From assembly GCA_963813155.1 (NCBI GenBank), contig CAWEYG010000002.1, positions 256,001 to 320,000 of the forward strand: a stretch of DNA of 64,000 nucleotides, given 5' to 3'. Source of the DNA: an uncultured Acidobacteriota bacterium (GTDB lineage: Bacteria > Acidobacteriota > Thermoanaerobaculia > UBA5066 > DATFVB01). The notes beneath the pieces are model-generated. The model was given only the letters and a program-made list of their open reading frames with translations. It did not search any database and was not told the origin of the DNA. The translations under genes and the position numbers were made by a program. Below, piece after piece: positions 11,201 through 22,667 of this stretch (position 1 is its first letter; each line of letters begins with the position of its first letter).

Positions 11201-13109
11201 TAAGAACCCCTTTCGAGTCGTACTGCTGGGCGTTCGTGTAATAGGCGATGCATTGGCCCAGGTTCCCCGAGCTGCCGTCCGGGAGGGTGCACTTTCCGTT
11301 CGTGGGAGCGCTCGGATACGAAAATCCAACGACGTAGACGGGAATTTTCATGTTGGTCAACGGAATGAGGGGATCCGAGCCGCCGGAGGGCGGAAAATTG
11401 AACTGAGGGTTTGAATTGCTCAGACTGTCGAGGATGAGAATAATGGCATTGGTCCGACAGGTCGACGGGTCGTCCCACCGCTTGCCGGCGCAGAACCCGT
11501 CAACCGTGTGCGTGTTGCTGGTGCTGCAGCTACTCGCACCGTTGAAATACGTGCCTGCGTCGCTCAACATCTTGTAGAGCGGAAGGCCGCTGCCAACCGC
11601 GTAGGCGGGGGTGATCGAGGGAATGATTTCCGCAGTTTTGCTCTCGGTCGGAGCGAAACTGGAATTGATTCTGTACGAATCGGTTTGCACGAGACCGTCG
11701 ACCAGCTTATCGCAGTAGTTCGTGCAATTTCCTGTCGCGCAACCGACATCCGTGGATGCGTCGAAGATCGGAAAATAGTCGTGCTCCGCATTCGCGACCG
11801 AGCCCTGATAGTTGACCGTATTGTCGAGAACAGCGGACGCCGGGCGCATCGCGCGGAGAATGCACGGCGTCGAGGTTTGAGTATACGACTGCTGCACGTT
11901 GTTCGTGCCGGTCGGCAGCGCGATGTTCGGGCCCGGGGTAAATGGGCTGTATCCGCGCGCCACCATCACCGACGGCAAGGGGGCCGAAGCCGAGTGAAAC
12001 AACCACCCGCCCGAGTCGGCGTTCTGGTTCATGTCGCTGAAGTTGGTCCAGCCCATCGGCTCGTGGGCATACGGATTCGAGTTGGACGATCCATACACGG
12101 TCGGATACGCGCAGGTGGCATCGTCGTCTTCGCAAGCGTTCGTCGGGACGATGTACGTGATCGAGTTCGTGGTACCGACCTGCGTTGCGATGCTCGGCCG
12201 CCGTGATGTCGCAGGGAGCCGACGCGTCTTCTTGCATAGCCAGAGCTGGGTCGAGACGACGAGACTGCCGCCATCGAAAGTCCCGGTGGTGCAGTTCGTC
12301 TGGCACTTCTGGATTCGGTACGGATTTTTCGAGTCCTTCTGCGAAGGACTGGACGAGGAATAGGAGGAGGACGAAAACGTCACGGACTTCTCGTAATTCG
12401 GATTATTGGCGTCCAGTACGAGCGTCGGGGTCGTTCCGTCGGAGCCGAGATAGGGCTGGTGGTAGCCGTCGGTCGTGACGCTGTAGGACGTATCAGAGGG
12501 GTCCCACTGCATGTAGGTTTCCGACCCGACATTCGCTCGGAGTTCCGGTCGTCTTGAGGATTTGATATTTCGTCGAGCCGTAGGTAACCTGGTAGGTGCT
12601 GCTGGTTACGGACCCGAGTGGCGGCCCGAAGTTGAGGTACGTTCCCGCCGGTTGGATGACCCAGTTCGCCGTTCCAGCAAAATTCTCGGCGGTCGTCGAT
12701 ACCAGGGTGTATCGCTTCACAGCGCTGGTATTTTGGAAGTTCTGTCGACCCAAGCGAGAACGTCGTGGCTCCCCAGTTGAAGCTCGTGTTGCTGTGAATC
12801 GTCTGCCGCAGCACCTTCTTGACGATTCCGATCTTCGAGCTCGCGCCATCACCCATTCCGTCGAACGCGCGCCCGTAGGGGTTCGTGCCGGAGCCCGTCG
12901 GGCAGGGGAGACTGTTCGGCTGTGTCTGCCCCGAGAAACAATCCGCCATCGTGTTCGTGTTGCCGACGACGACGAGCACGTTCGGGGGAGCAGCGATCTT
13001 CGTGTAAAGCAGCGCCCGGTCGTCCCCGTTCGCAGCCCCGGGGAGTTGCCCCAGGAGTGCTGCGACGAGCATCAACCGAAGAATCGGGAAAGCGGTTCAG
13101 TTTCGACAT
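8277..13109 (-). CDS. pilY1: PilY1/PilC-like type IV pilus tip adhesin, ~1600 aa (frameshifts near 13090, 12750 and 12520)
   Basis: AAGGAG then MSKLNRF signal peptide; beta-propeller motifs MGDIFHSNP, GANDGTFHAFD, GREIFAYVP, MGMTWSRP; Ca loop DYNLDGYVD; C-terminal IKSWKEQ; last gene of minor pilin operon. Confidence 0.88.
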
Positions 13110-13140
13110 GTTCCAGGCTCCTTCTCGTGGCGCGTTCGAA

Positions 13141-13656
13141 CTAGGGCGGCTGAGGAACGGGCCCGATGACAAATTCCACCGCGAGCGATTTCGTCGAATT
13201 CAACGAAGAATCGTTCGCGGTCGAAGTAAAGTGATACCCCACGTTGTAGAACTGTGGCCGCCCCTTCTGCGGCGTCAGTGCCTGAAGAGACGTCTGGTTG
13301 AACGGCGACACCTGGACCGTAACGGGTTTTGTCGTGGTGCTGTTGACCATGTTTTCCGGGACGGCAAAACAGAAATAGTTCGTAAATGTGTCACTCCCGA
13401 CCTTGACCTTGCACGAGCCTGTGGTTTGGAGAGAGCGGCTCTGAGCGATCGCGTACTGCACGCCCGAGTCGGCGGCGTAGAACAAGCGATTCGTCGTGGT
13501 TTCGACGCCGGCAATCTGCAGCTCCGTCGTCGTCGTGAAGACCAGAGCAAGGCCAAAGATGGTCAGAATGAAAATTGCAATGATCGCAAGCAACAGGGCC
13601 GCCCCGCGCTCGCCCGCTCGCTTCCTGAAATGAGTGTCTCGTCGCACGTCTCTCAC
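13141..13656 (-). CDS. pilX: PilX-like minor pilin
   Basis: ERG|AALLLAII prepilin-like N-terminus lacking Glu5, LFYAADSGV motif. Confidence 0.8.
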   Translation of the reverse strand: MRDVRRDTHFRKRAGERGAALLLAIIAIFILTIFGLALVFTTTTELQIAGVETTTNRLFYAADSGVQYAIAQSRSLQTTGSCKVKVGSDTFTNYFCFAVPENMVNSTTTKPVTVQVSPFNQTSLQALTPQKGRPQFYNVGYHFTSTANDSSLNSTKSLAVEFVIGPVPQPP

Positions 13657-13664
13657 GTCTCTCT

Positions 13665-15207
13665 TTATTGAATCTGAAGATTTCGGAGGTTGACCCGAAC
13701 CGTCGCCACCCTGCGGTGAAACCTCAGAGCTGTCTGCTGGGGCGACGGAAACTGCACCGGGCTCGCGGCGCTGTCCATCGTGGGCCAACCGAGGTAACCC
13801 GGCCCCTGATACTTCGTGTCGGGATTCGTTCCCTTTGCAACAATTGTGATTTCCAGCGCTTTAAGTTGGGTCAAGTCGCTCGTTCGATCAAACGTTCCCG
13901 ATTCCAGGCTCGCCCGAAACGTTCCAGATCCACTCGTCCTTGTCGATACCCGAAGTGTCTTCCGACGGGTCCGCGTTCGGAGGCGTTGTCGATTTCGACT
14001 TGGTCACGATCGTGGCAAAAGTCGCGTTGGTCGTAATCGAGATCGACTGGTCCGAGGCGTACGGATACGGCCCCGCCGTTGGATCCGTGTAAACCGGCGC
14101 GGGACTCGCAAACGAGCCCGTGTTTCGAATTGCGTCATAAAAGTCCATGCCATAAGCGACTTGAAGATCCTCGATATCGTCCGTGATCGGCGTGACCGTC
14201 GTCGAGCCGGACGTCCAGGGCGTCGTTCCGGAAGGTGGGGGATCGGCCACCGAGAGCACTGGATGGCACGGCCCCGGAGATGTCTGCTGGTTCGCCGTCG
14301 TGCAGGTTCCGCCGGCGGAGCCGTCGTCGATGAAGTAGATACGATCGTCCAGGAAACCGCCACGAATCGGTGTTGCAAATGAGCTGAGGAACGCCCCTCC
14401 CGGGTTAAGAGAGGAGGCGTACGGATAGTCTGCGGCGCTCGTGTCAAGGGTCAGCGAAGCCGAGGAACCCGATGTTCCGATCGTTCCCGTCGTCGTAATC
14501 GCTGTTACGACGCCCACCGCAACAACACCCTGGACGTTGGTCATGTAAAACATCCTTGGTAGAGAAGCCTGAGTGCTCGCCAGGTTCGAAGCGCTGAACA
14601 ACGAGAGGTCATTGGTGACGTAGGGCGTGCATGGCGAGCCCGAAGCGGCGGCAAGATCGGAGTTCGTCGAACATTGCGGGATCTGAAGGGTTCCGGTCGA
14701 AGAGGTCCAGGGAGCGCCCGAAAGATCGTAGAGGGGAGTCGTGATTACACCGCGAATGTGGATCACGTCGGTCCCGGCTCGAATGTGGTGAGGGGTCGTG
14801 CCTGCCGACCCGATGGCATTGGTGGTTACGGTCCCGATGTTGACGTTGTTGACAGACGTCGAGCTCGCGAGCGCAGTCGGGATGGTCGTCGTCTCCAAAC
14901 TGAGCGCTACCGGCAATTGTCGAGAGGTCGCAAGATTGAGAGCGGTGTCGGGATTTGCCGGAAGACCGCCGGCCGCAGCCATCCGAATCTCGCGAACAAT
15001 CTGATAGGCCGCCGAACGAGCACTCTCCTGCGCATCCGAGACGGCATTCTCCGCCTTCGTCATCTGATTACTCTTGTCGAACACAGCCGCCATTCCGATC
15101 ACGATGATCACCATCACAAAGAGCGAGACCAGAAGCTCGACGAGAGAAAATCCCTCGGTGACGAAGGTTCTGCGGACCCGGCCATCGGCGAGATGTCGTC
15201 TGCCCAT
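13665..15207 (-). CDS. pilW: PilW-like minor pilin (frameshift near 13890)
   Basis: EG|FSLVELLV, AQESARSA...REIRMA, IEDLQVAYGMD; C-terminal RVNLRNL in the next frame. Confidence 0.82.
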
Positions 15208-15210
15208 GGT

Positions 15211-15822
15211 CTAAGGAACCTTATACGCCGCGAGGCGTATCTGCTTCCCGGGAACTGTGCCGCTGAAGATACCTGACGTCGACAAAGGTGAGCCCTGATT
15301 CTTCCTCGCGGACACGGCGTAGACGGTAATCACCTTGTAACCTATTGCTCCGGTATTGGGAGACGTCCAATACGAGTCGGTAACCGCGCTTGCAGCACTG
15401 GGCAGAGAGACAGCTACGGGCGAGACCGTCAGATCCGTTCCCGCCGGCATGGCCGACGGCGGAAAGTCCTGAACGGTATACACCATCTGATACGGGAAGG
15501 AGACGGTTTTTCCGTTCACGACCTGAGTCACGGAAAGTTGGTTGGTGTAAATTTGCCCCGGCGGCGAGCCCGAAAGAAACGTGATCGTGGCGCCGTCGGG
15601 CACTGCAAGACGCGCGTCATAAAAGCCGTATTGCAGGACCTGCTCAAGCTCTTGCCGCGCGAGCGAATTGACCTCCGTGTAGTCCCAGCCGACAGCGTTA
15701 CTGATCATACTCAGCGTAAAAAGCGGAGCGATCGCGAGCAATACGATTGCAAGCAAGGCGACCGCAAACAAAACCTCAAGAAGACTGAACCCACTGGGAG
15801 TTGTTCTTGCGTTCCTTTGCAT
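15211..15822 (-). CDS. pilV: PilV-like minor pilin
   Basis: SG|FSLLEVLFAVALL class III signal; position between fimT-like and pilW-like genes. Confidence 0.78.
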   Translation of the reverse strand: MQRNARTTPSGFSLLEVLFAVALLAIVLLAIAPLFTLSMISNAVGWDYTEVNSLARQELEQVLQYGFYDARLAVPDGATITFLSGSPPGQIYTNQLSVTQVVNGKTVSFPYQMVYTVQDFPPSAMPAGTDLTVSPVAVSLPSAASAVTDSYWTSPNTGAIGYKVITVYAVSARKNQGSPLSTSGIFSGTVPGKQIRLAAYKVP

Positions 15823-15826
15823 CGCA

Positions 15827-16445
15827 TCAATACCATTTCCACGGAGGACTGACGTACGTCGTCACCCCACTCACGATGAGTTGTTTCGTAATCGCGACCT
15901 TCCCGCTCGCAGCCGCCGGCACACCGACCTGAAGAACATTTCCGCTCGTGTCCGAGACGAATGCCGCCTTGGTCGTGCTTACCGGTGTCGTGGACATCGA
16001 GCCCGAATTCGCAAAAATATAGTCGATGGTTTGCGATGTCGTTCCAGGGGTCGCTTTCCCGTAATCGTCGATCCTAAGGGTCACCTGGCTCGCCGCCGGA
16101 GGGAACGGATAGCTTCCCAGAAGTTGGTCGGTTGCCGAACCGTCGTAGCTTCCGTTCCCGTTTGTGTCGAGGAACATGACCGGATTTCGATAGGAGGTCT
16201 TCCCGGTGTTCGTTGAAACCTCGACAAACACGTTGCTCCCCCGCTTGACGGCCTCAATGCGGGCGCGGATGAGTATGAAATCGACACCCCTCGCGACCGA
16301 ATCCAACCGCGCCCGGCGCGAAATCGCGCCGAAGTACGGCAACGCGATCGCAAGGATGCTCGCGATGATCGCGATCACCACGATGATCTCGGTCAGGGTA
16401 AATCCATCTCCCTTCGGTTCTTCGGCGTCGGTTGTCGTACAGCAT
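15827..16445 (-). CDS. FimT/GspH-like minor pilin (5' end probably frameshifted)
   Basis: G|FTLTEIIVVIAIIASILAIALP, ARIEAVKRG, FLDTNGNGSYD; first gene of operon. Confidence 0.78.
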
Positions 16446-16462
16446 CGCCAGACCTCGCATGT

Positions 16463-16478
16463 AGCACGCCCGGTGCCC
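16463..16478 (-). promoter_or_regulatory. Candidate sigma54 -24/-12 promoter of the minor pilin operon
   Basis: GGGCACCGGGCGTGCT = GG-N10-GC, ~18 nt upstream of the fimT-like start. Confidence 0.55.
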
Positions 16479-16604
16479 GATTCGAGGAGGCGCTATCTCA
16501 GAGCTTTCTTATTTGTTTCCTGTTGTTTGGGCGGTTCACGTTGGCGAGCCACCGGAAATCGACCGTTCAACTCCTAGCCGGCGACGTGTTCGATTTTTAT
16601 CCAC

Positions 16605-18511
16605 TCAGGCTTTCAGGTCCGGCAGCTCGATCGTGAAGATCGTCCCAGTATCCGACTCAGCCGAAAACGAGATCTCTCCGCCGTGCTGGTGGACGACCTG
16701 GCGGCAGAGAGCAAGCCCCATCCCGGTGCCTCCCGAACGGCCCGAGACGAACGGATCGAAGATCCTCGTGCCGAGCTTCGGGTCGATGCCGTCCCCGTCG
16801 TCCTCGACGCGGATCACGACACCCGCCGCCGTTCGGTCGCCGGAGAGCTTCACGGTCACGGCGCGTTCCGCGGAAAACGCGGAATTCTCGACGAGGTTCG
16901 TCAGGACGCTCCGGAGGCCTTCCTCGTCCGCCTCGGGAAGCGTGAGGCCCGCGGCGCAGGAGACTTCGATCGTTCTTCAATTTCTCCGGGAAGGAGGCCG
17001 TCCCCCAGTCGGCGCACGCACGCAGCAGCGGCTCGACCGGGCACGGGAACGGGCGCCGCGCGCGGCGCTCGCTGCAGAGCGAGCATCTCCTCCATCATCC
17101 GGGAAAGACGAGCACCCTCTTTGCGGACGATCTCGAAGTACGGACCGAACCGCGCGTCGGCGCCGAGCTCCCCTTCGAGGGCGGCGAGCGTCGACGTGAT
17201 CCCGAACAGCGGATTGCGCACTTCGTGCGCGACGCCCGCGAGCAGCTCCGCCGTCGCGGCGCGGCGTTCCGTCTCGCGGAGGCGGGACTGGACTCGGACG
17301 GACTTATTCGCGCATGCGAACAAAGGCGCGACCGAGCGCACCGATTTCGTCGTCGGCGGGACGGCGTCCTCGCCGGCGCTGTTCGGGGAACTGCGAAAAG
17401 GACCGGGCCTGCGCCTCCAGCTCCTTCAGACGGCCGTGTCAACCCCCGTCCGACCGCCCACGCGAGGAGAATGGTCAGGAGCAGGATCTCGTTCCGATGA
17501 CCGCCACTCGAATTGAGAAGCTGACGAACGACGCCCGCGTCGGGAGGGGCAAGCGTGACGATTCGCCATCCGTCCTCGAGAGCAAGCGACGTCGCGACGC
17601 GCGTGACGCCTCTTCGCAGGGACGATCGAGTCGTTTCCGAGTTTCCCGAGCCGCTCCCTCGATTCTCGGACGCGAGAATTTTCGCGTCGGCGCCCGATGG
17701 ATGCTCGGGCAACGTCGCGACCTTCCGGCCGAAGTAGTCGAGCACGGCGATCGTCCCCGGCTGCGTTCGCGGGACCGTGTCGTCGAGGATCTTGCGCCAT
17801 CGCGCCGCGTCGCGCGCACCGCCGGCCTCGGCCCGGGCGGCGATCGCTCGAAGGCACGCCTCGCGGTCTCTTCGCTCCTCGCTTCGGAGAACTTCTCCGC
17901 CCACGTCATCGCGAGCTGGCCGAAGAGGCCGAACACGATGAACGCGATCCGCCAGGCAGCAGATCAACAATTTCTGCCAGACCGGAAACGCCGTCGTCGG
18001 AGGCGGCACGGCCCCTGCGCGAATCGCGCTGCGGCAAGGGCCGGACGGTCGCCGACTGAAGAAGGAAATACGAGACAGGATGCCGAAAAGGACTCCCGCC
18101 ACGAAACCGAGCGATCTCGAGCTTCGCGGCCTCGAGAGCGGGCGCTCCCGCTCGGAATCCGAAGACCGAACCGCGCCGAAAGAAGAAGAACACCGCTGAG
18201 CGGCCATGCCCGACCGACGGCGGCGTTGCGCGGGTACGCGAGGAGGCGATCGAGAAGTTCCGTCTCCTGCATGACCGCGAGGGATGCTTCGTCGGCGAGA
18301 CGGTGGACCCAGTACGCGGGCAGGAAGACGACCGGCAGCAGCGCGAGAGCGGGCAGCTGCGAGAACAGGAACGACCGGAGATAGCGCGCCTGTTCCGGTT
18401 CGAGCAGCCAGATCTGCCGGGAATTCCACAGGAAGCGAGCAGCGGCCAGAGACCCAGCGGCGGCCACCCTGGACGTCAGCCCGACCCGAAGGGAAAGCCG
18501 GCGCGGATCAA
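16605..18511 (-). CDS. Membrane sensor histidine kinase, PilS-like context (several frameshifts; start uncertain)
   Basis: H-box LAGVAHEVRNPL, N-box LTNLVENS, VEDDGDG, GTGMGLAL; hydrophobic N-terminal segments. Confidence 0.8.
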
Positions 18512-18555
18512 GCGGCTCCTTGCCGCTCGCAGTCAGGTCGGACGGTCCTCCGCCG

Positions 18556-18839
18556 CTACCGAATGCCGGCGACCGCGCGCGGCGCAGGAGCACCTCGAAG
18601 GAGGCCTTCCGAGCTCAAGTCCTCATCGACGTCAGGCCAGTGGATTCCGTACCCGGCACCGACGATCGCCAGTTTTTCCTCTGCTCGGGAGTCGCGTCCA
18701 GGAGCCGCGGGTACCAGACGAGAGGAACCGTGATCGTGCGGCCGTCGATAAGGTCGACGCTCAGAGTGTCTTCCGTGAAGTGAACGTCCCGGATCGCTTC
18801 GCCGGCTCTAGGTTCCGAAGTACTCATCACCGAGGTCAT
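18556..18839 (-). CDS. DUF2442 domain protein (frameshift near 18670)
   Basis: LSVDLIDGRTITVPLVWYPRLLDATPEQRKNW, then GAGYGIHWPDVDEDLSSEGLL in the adjacent frame. Confidence 0.85.
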
Positions 18840-18918
18840 GACTCACGAAGTATATTCGATACGCGCCGCTCGAGAGTACCGTCGGCATCGCTGCAGCTTA
18901 ACAAAAACGTCCTTGTCT

Positions 18919-20313
18919 TCAGCGATCGAAGGACTCCTCCTCGACCTTGATCTTCGCGTACAGCGTCGCCCGCGTGATGCCGAGGATCTCCGCGGCGGCG
19001 GACTTGTTGCCGCCCGTGAGCCTCAGCACCTGCGCGACGTACTCGCGCTCTTTCTGCTCGAGCGTCGGGAGCGGCCCCTGCGCGGCGTCCTGCGGAACGC
19101 CGAGAAGCCGCGTGACCTCCACGGAATCGATCGAGTCGTCGCCGGAGAGAATCGAGACGCGCTCCGCGAAATTGCGGACTTCCCGCACGTTGCCCGGCCA
19201 CGAATACGCCGTGAGCATTCGCTGCGCCCCCGGCGAGAAGTTCCGCGGCGCCCGGCCGGCCTTCGTATCGAACTCGGCGAGGAACTCGCGAGCGAGGAGC
19301 GGCGCGTCGGAAGCCCGCTCCCGCAGCGGCGGGAGCCGGAGCTGCAGGACGTTCAGGCGGAAGTACAGGTCCTGCCGGAATCGCCCGGCGGCGACCTCGT
19401 CCTGCAGGTTGCGGTTGCTCGCCACGAGGACGCGGCAGTCGACTTCGCGCTCCGCGATTCCGCCGACGCGGTGGAACCGCTTCTCTTCGATCGCCTTGAG
19501 GAGGCGGGGCTGCAGCGAGAGGTCGATCTCGGCCACCTCGTCGAGAAAGAGCGTGCCCCGGTGGGCGAGCTCGAAGAGCCCCGGCTTGGCCGAAGCGGCG
19601 CCGGTGAAGGAGCCCTTCTCGTGGCCGAACAGCTCCGATTCCATGAGGTCGCGGGAGAGTCCCGCGCAATTCACGTTGACGAACGGCGCGTTCGCCCGGG
19701 GGCTCCACTGGTGGATCTGCCTCGCGAGCACGCCCTTCCCGGTGCCGCTCTCGCCCGTCAGGACGACGAGCGCGCCCGACTTCGCGACGCGCCGGGCCTG
19801 CTCGAGCAGGTCGAGAACGCTCGGGGAGCTGCCCCAGAAGAGCTCCGCGCCGGACTTCTCCACCTCCCGGCGGAGCGCGCGATTTTCGGCCTCCAGCCGG
19901 ATCGAGTCGGAGATCCGCTCGAGCACCCGGAAAAGGTGCTCTGGAGCGACGGGCTTCGTGAAGAAGTTCTCCGCCCCGTTCTTGACGGCCTCGACGGCCG
20001 TCTCGATCGACCCGAAACCGGTCATCATCACGACACGCGCGTCCGGACGCGCAGAGCGGATCCGGGCGAGCCCCGAGAGGCCGTCCGAGTCCGGGAGTTT
20101 CAGATCGAGCAGCACGGCATCCGGCCGGAATCGCTCCAGCGAGGCGAGGGCCTCCGCGAGGCTCGCGGCGCCGTCGGAGAGGGCGCCGCGCTGGTCCAGG
20201 AGTTTGCGCAGCCCGAATCGAATCGAATCCTCGTCGTCGACGACCAGGACGCGCAGGCCCGCAAGTTCGGAGTCGGAAGAACGGTCGATCAGGGGTGAAA
20301 TTATAGTCCTCAC
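18919..20313 (-). CDS. Sigma54-dependent response regulator (NtrC/PilR/AtoC family); start uncertain
   Basis: Receiver VLVVDDE/LLDLKLP, AAA+ GESGTGKG, ESELFGHEKGSFTGA, FRQDLYFRLNV, WPGNVRE, Fis HTH GNKSAAAEILGITRATLY. Confidence 0.93.
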   Translation of the reverse strand: MRTIISPLIDRSSDSELAGLRVLVVDDEDSIRFGLRKLLDQRGALSDGAASLAEALASLERFRPDAVLLDLKLPDSDGLSGLARIRSARPDARVVMMTGFGSIETAVEAVKNGAENFFTKPVAPEHLFRVLERISDSIRLEAENRALRREVEKSGAELFWGSSPSVLDLLEQARRVAKSGALVVLTGESGTGKGVLARQIHQWSPRANAPFVNVNCAGLSRDLMESELFGHEKGSFTGAASAKPGLFELAHRGTLFLDEVAEIDLSLQPRLLKAIEEKRFHRVGGIAEREVDCRVLVASNRNLQDEVAAGRFRQDLYFRLNVLQLRLPPLRERASDAPLLAREFLAEFDTKAGRAPRNFSPGAQRMLTAYSWPGNVREVRNFAERVSILSGDDSIDSVEVTRLLGVPQDAAQGPLPTLEQKEREYVAQVLRLTGGNKSAAAEILGITRATLYAKIKVEEESFDR

Positions 20314-20390
20314 GCCTCCTCTCCCGCGCTTCGCTGCCACTAGGCTCGCCTCGAGGGAGAGGGTGGAGCGCCGAAGGCGCGGAGGGTGAG
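20310..20390. repeat. REP-like element; left direct repeat of the four-helix-bundle cassette
   Basis: 20357-20390 is identical to 20889-20922 (34 nt: gagagggtggagcgccgaaggcgcggagggtgag). Confidence 0.9.
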
Positions 20391-20461
20391 CGGACGGCAT
20401 CGAAGCGCAGGTGCGCCTTGGGCGGGGGAGAAGACCACGTTCGGATTAGAATCGGTCCCCC

Positions 20462-20806
20462 ATGCCTCACCCCTCTTACAAAGACCATCCGCTGTGGAAA
20501 GAAGCGATCGACCTCGTCACGGAAGCCTATGCGCTCGCCGAGAAGGCCCGGGGCGCCGCGCCCCTCGTTTCGCGCCACCTGCGCAAGGCGGCCGTCGCGG
20601 TGCCGGCGAACATCGCCGAGTCTCTCGACGTGGAACGCGGCGACAAGCGCCACGAGAGTCACCTGCGCGCGCGGGGAGCCCTCGCGGAAATCGAGCGCCA
20701 GACGCAGAAGCTGCCGGAGGAGCTCTCCGTGGAGGGCGATTTGCTGGCGGAACGGGCGAGGGGTTTGTTCTGGAAAATGGGTCGAGGGAAGAAAAGTGAG
20801 GAGTAA
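20462..20806 (+). CDS. Four helix bundle protein (23S IVP / Avd-like family)
   Basis: SYKDHPLWKEAIDLV..AY, LRKAAVAVPANIAE, ARGALAE signature. Confidence 0.85.
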   Translation: MPHPSYKDHPLWKEAIDLVTEAYALAEKARGAAPLVSRHLRKAAVAVPANIAESLDVERGDKRHESHLRARGALAEIERQTQKLPEELSVEGDLLAERARGLFWKMGRGKKSEE

Positions 20807-20841
20807 GTCGTGAGGAGTATCTGCGCCCAGGATCGTCGGCT

Positions 20842-20926
20842 CCCCCTCACCCGCGCTTCGCTTGCCCTCTCGCCCCTGCGAGGCGCCTGAGAGGGTGGAG
20901 CGCCGAAGGCGCGGAGGGTGAGGGGG
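20842..20926. repeat. REP-like element; right direct repeat of the four-helix-bundle cassette
   Basis: ccccctcaccc...ccctctc...gagaggg...gggtgaggggg nested palindrome. Confidence 0.9.
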
Positions 20927-20931
20927 CACCG

Positions 20932-21276
20932 GTGAAAAGCGGGAAGCTCCTCGTCGCGGGGATGATCCTCTTAATCGCGATCGGCATCGCGTTTTTCGCG
21001 TCGAGGCCGAAGCCGCAGGTCGCGCTCTCGTCGAACCCCGCGGTCAACCAGAACGCGGCGCACGTCCTGCCGGGACGGACGTACGAGCAACGGGCGAAGA
21101 TCGATCCCGGCCTGACGCAGGCGCAGGTCGCCGCCGCGCTCGGCGAGCCCTCCGAGTCTTCGGAGAGCCGCGGGGACGTCGTCTCCGCCCGGTGGAACTA
21201 CCTGTACAAGGACGGGAATCTCGCCGTGCGGCTCCGCGCCGGGCGCGTCACCGAGATCGAGACGACGTTCTACTGA
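20932..21276 (+). CDS. Small membrane-anchored protein with SmpA/BamE-like domain
   Basis: N-terminal TM helix; GLTQAQVAAALGEP...WNY pattern. Confidence 0.6.
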   Translation: MKSGKLLVAGMILLIAIGIAFFASRPKPQVALSSNPAVNQNAAHVLPGRTYEQRAKIDPGLTQAQVAAALGEPSESSESRGDVVSARWNYLYKDGNLAVRLRAGRVTEIETTFY

Positions 21277-21284
21277 GAATTCCG

Positions 21285-21387
21285 CCTCTCCCCTAGTGGG
21301 AGAGGCCGCCGCAAAGCGGCGGGTGAGGGGGCGGGCCCCCCACGCGAGCCACCCCTCACCCCGACCCTCTCCCACAAGGGGAGAGGG
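21285..21387. repeat. REP-like palindromic doublet
   Basis: 21352-21387 matches the reverse complement of 5665-5700 at 34/36 nt. Confidence 0.88.
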
Positions 21388-21399
21388 TGAATATGGCCC

Positions 21400-22630
<1,231 letters not shown>

Positions 22631-22667
22631 CTGCCTGCCTCCAATTCGCGTCGAAAAAAACATTATC

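Noticed and set aside
20462-20806. Diversity-generating retroelement suggested by the Avd-like protein
   Set aside because: No reverse transcriptase and no TR/VR pair differing at adenines seen in the window
5665-21387. CRISPR array
   Set aside because: Repeats are dispersed, variable and not separated by regular spacers; no cas genes
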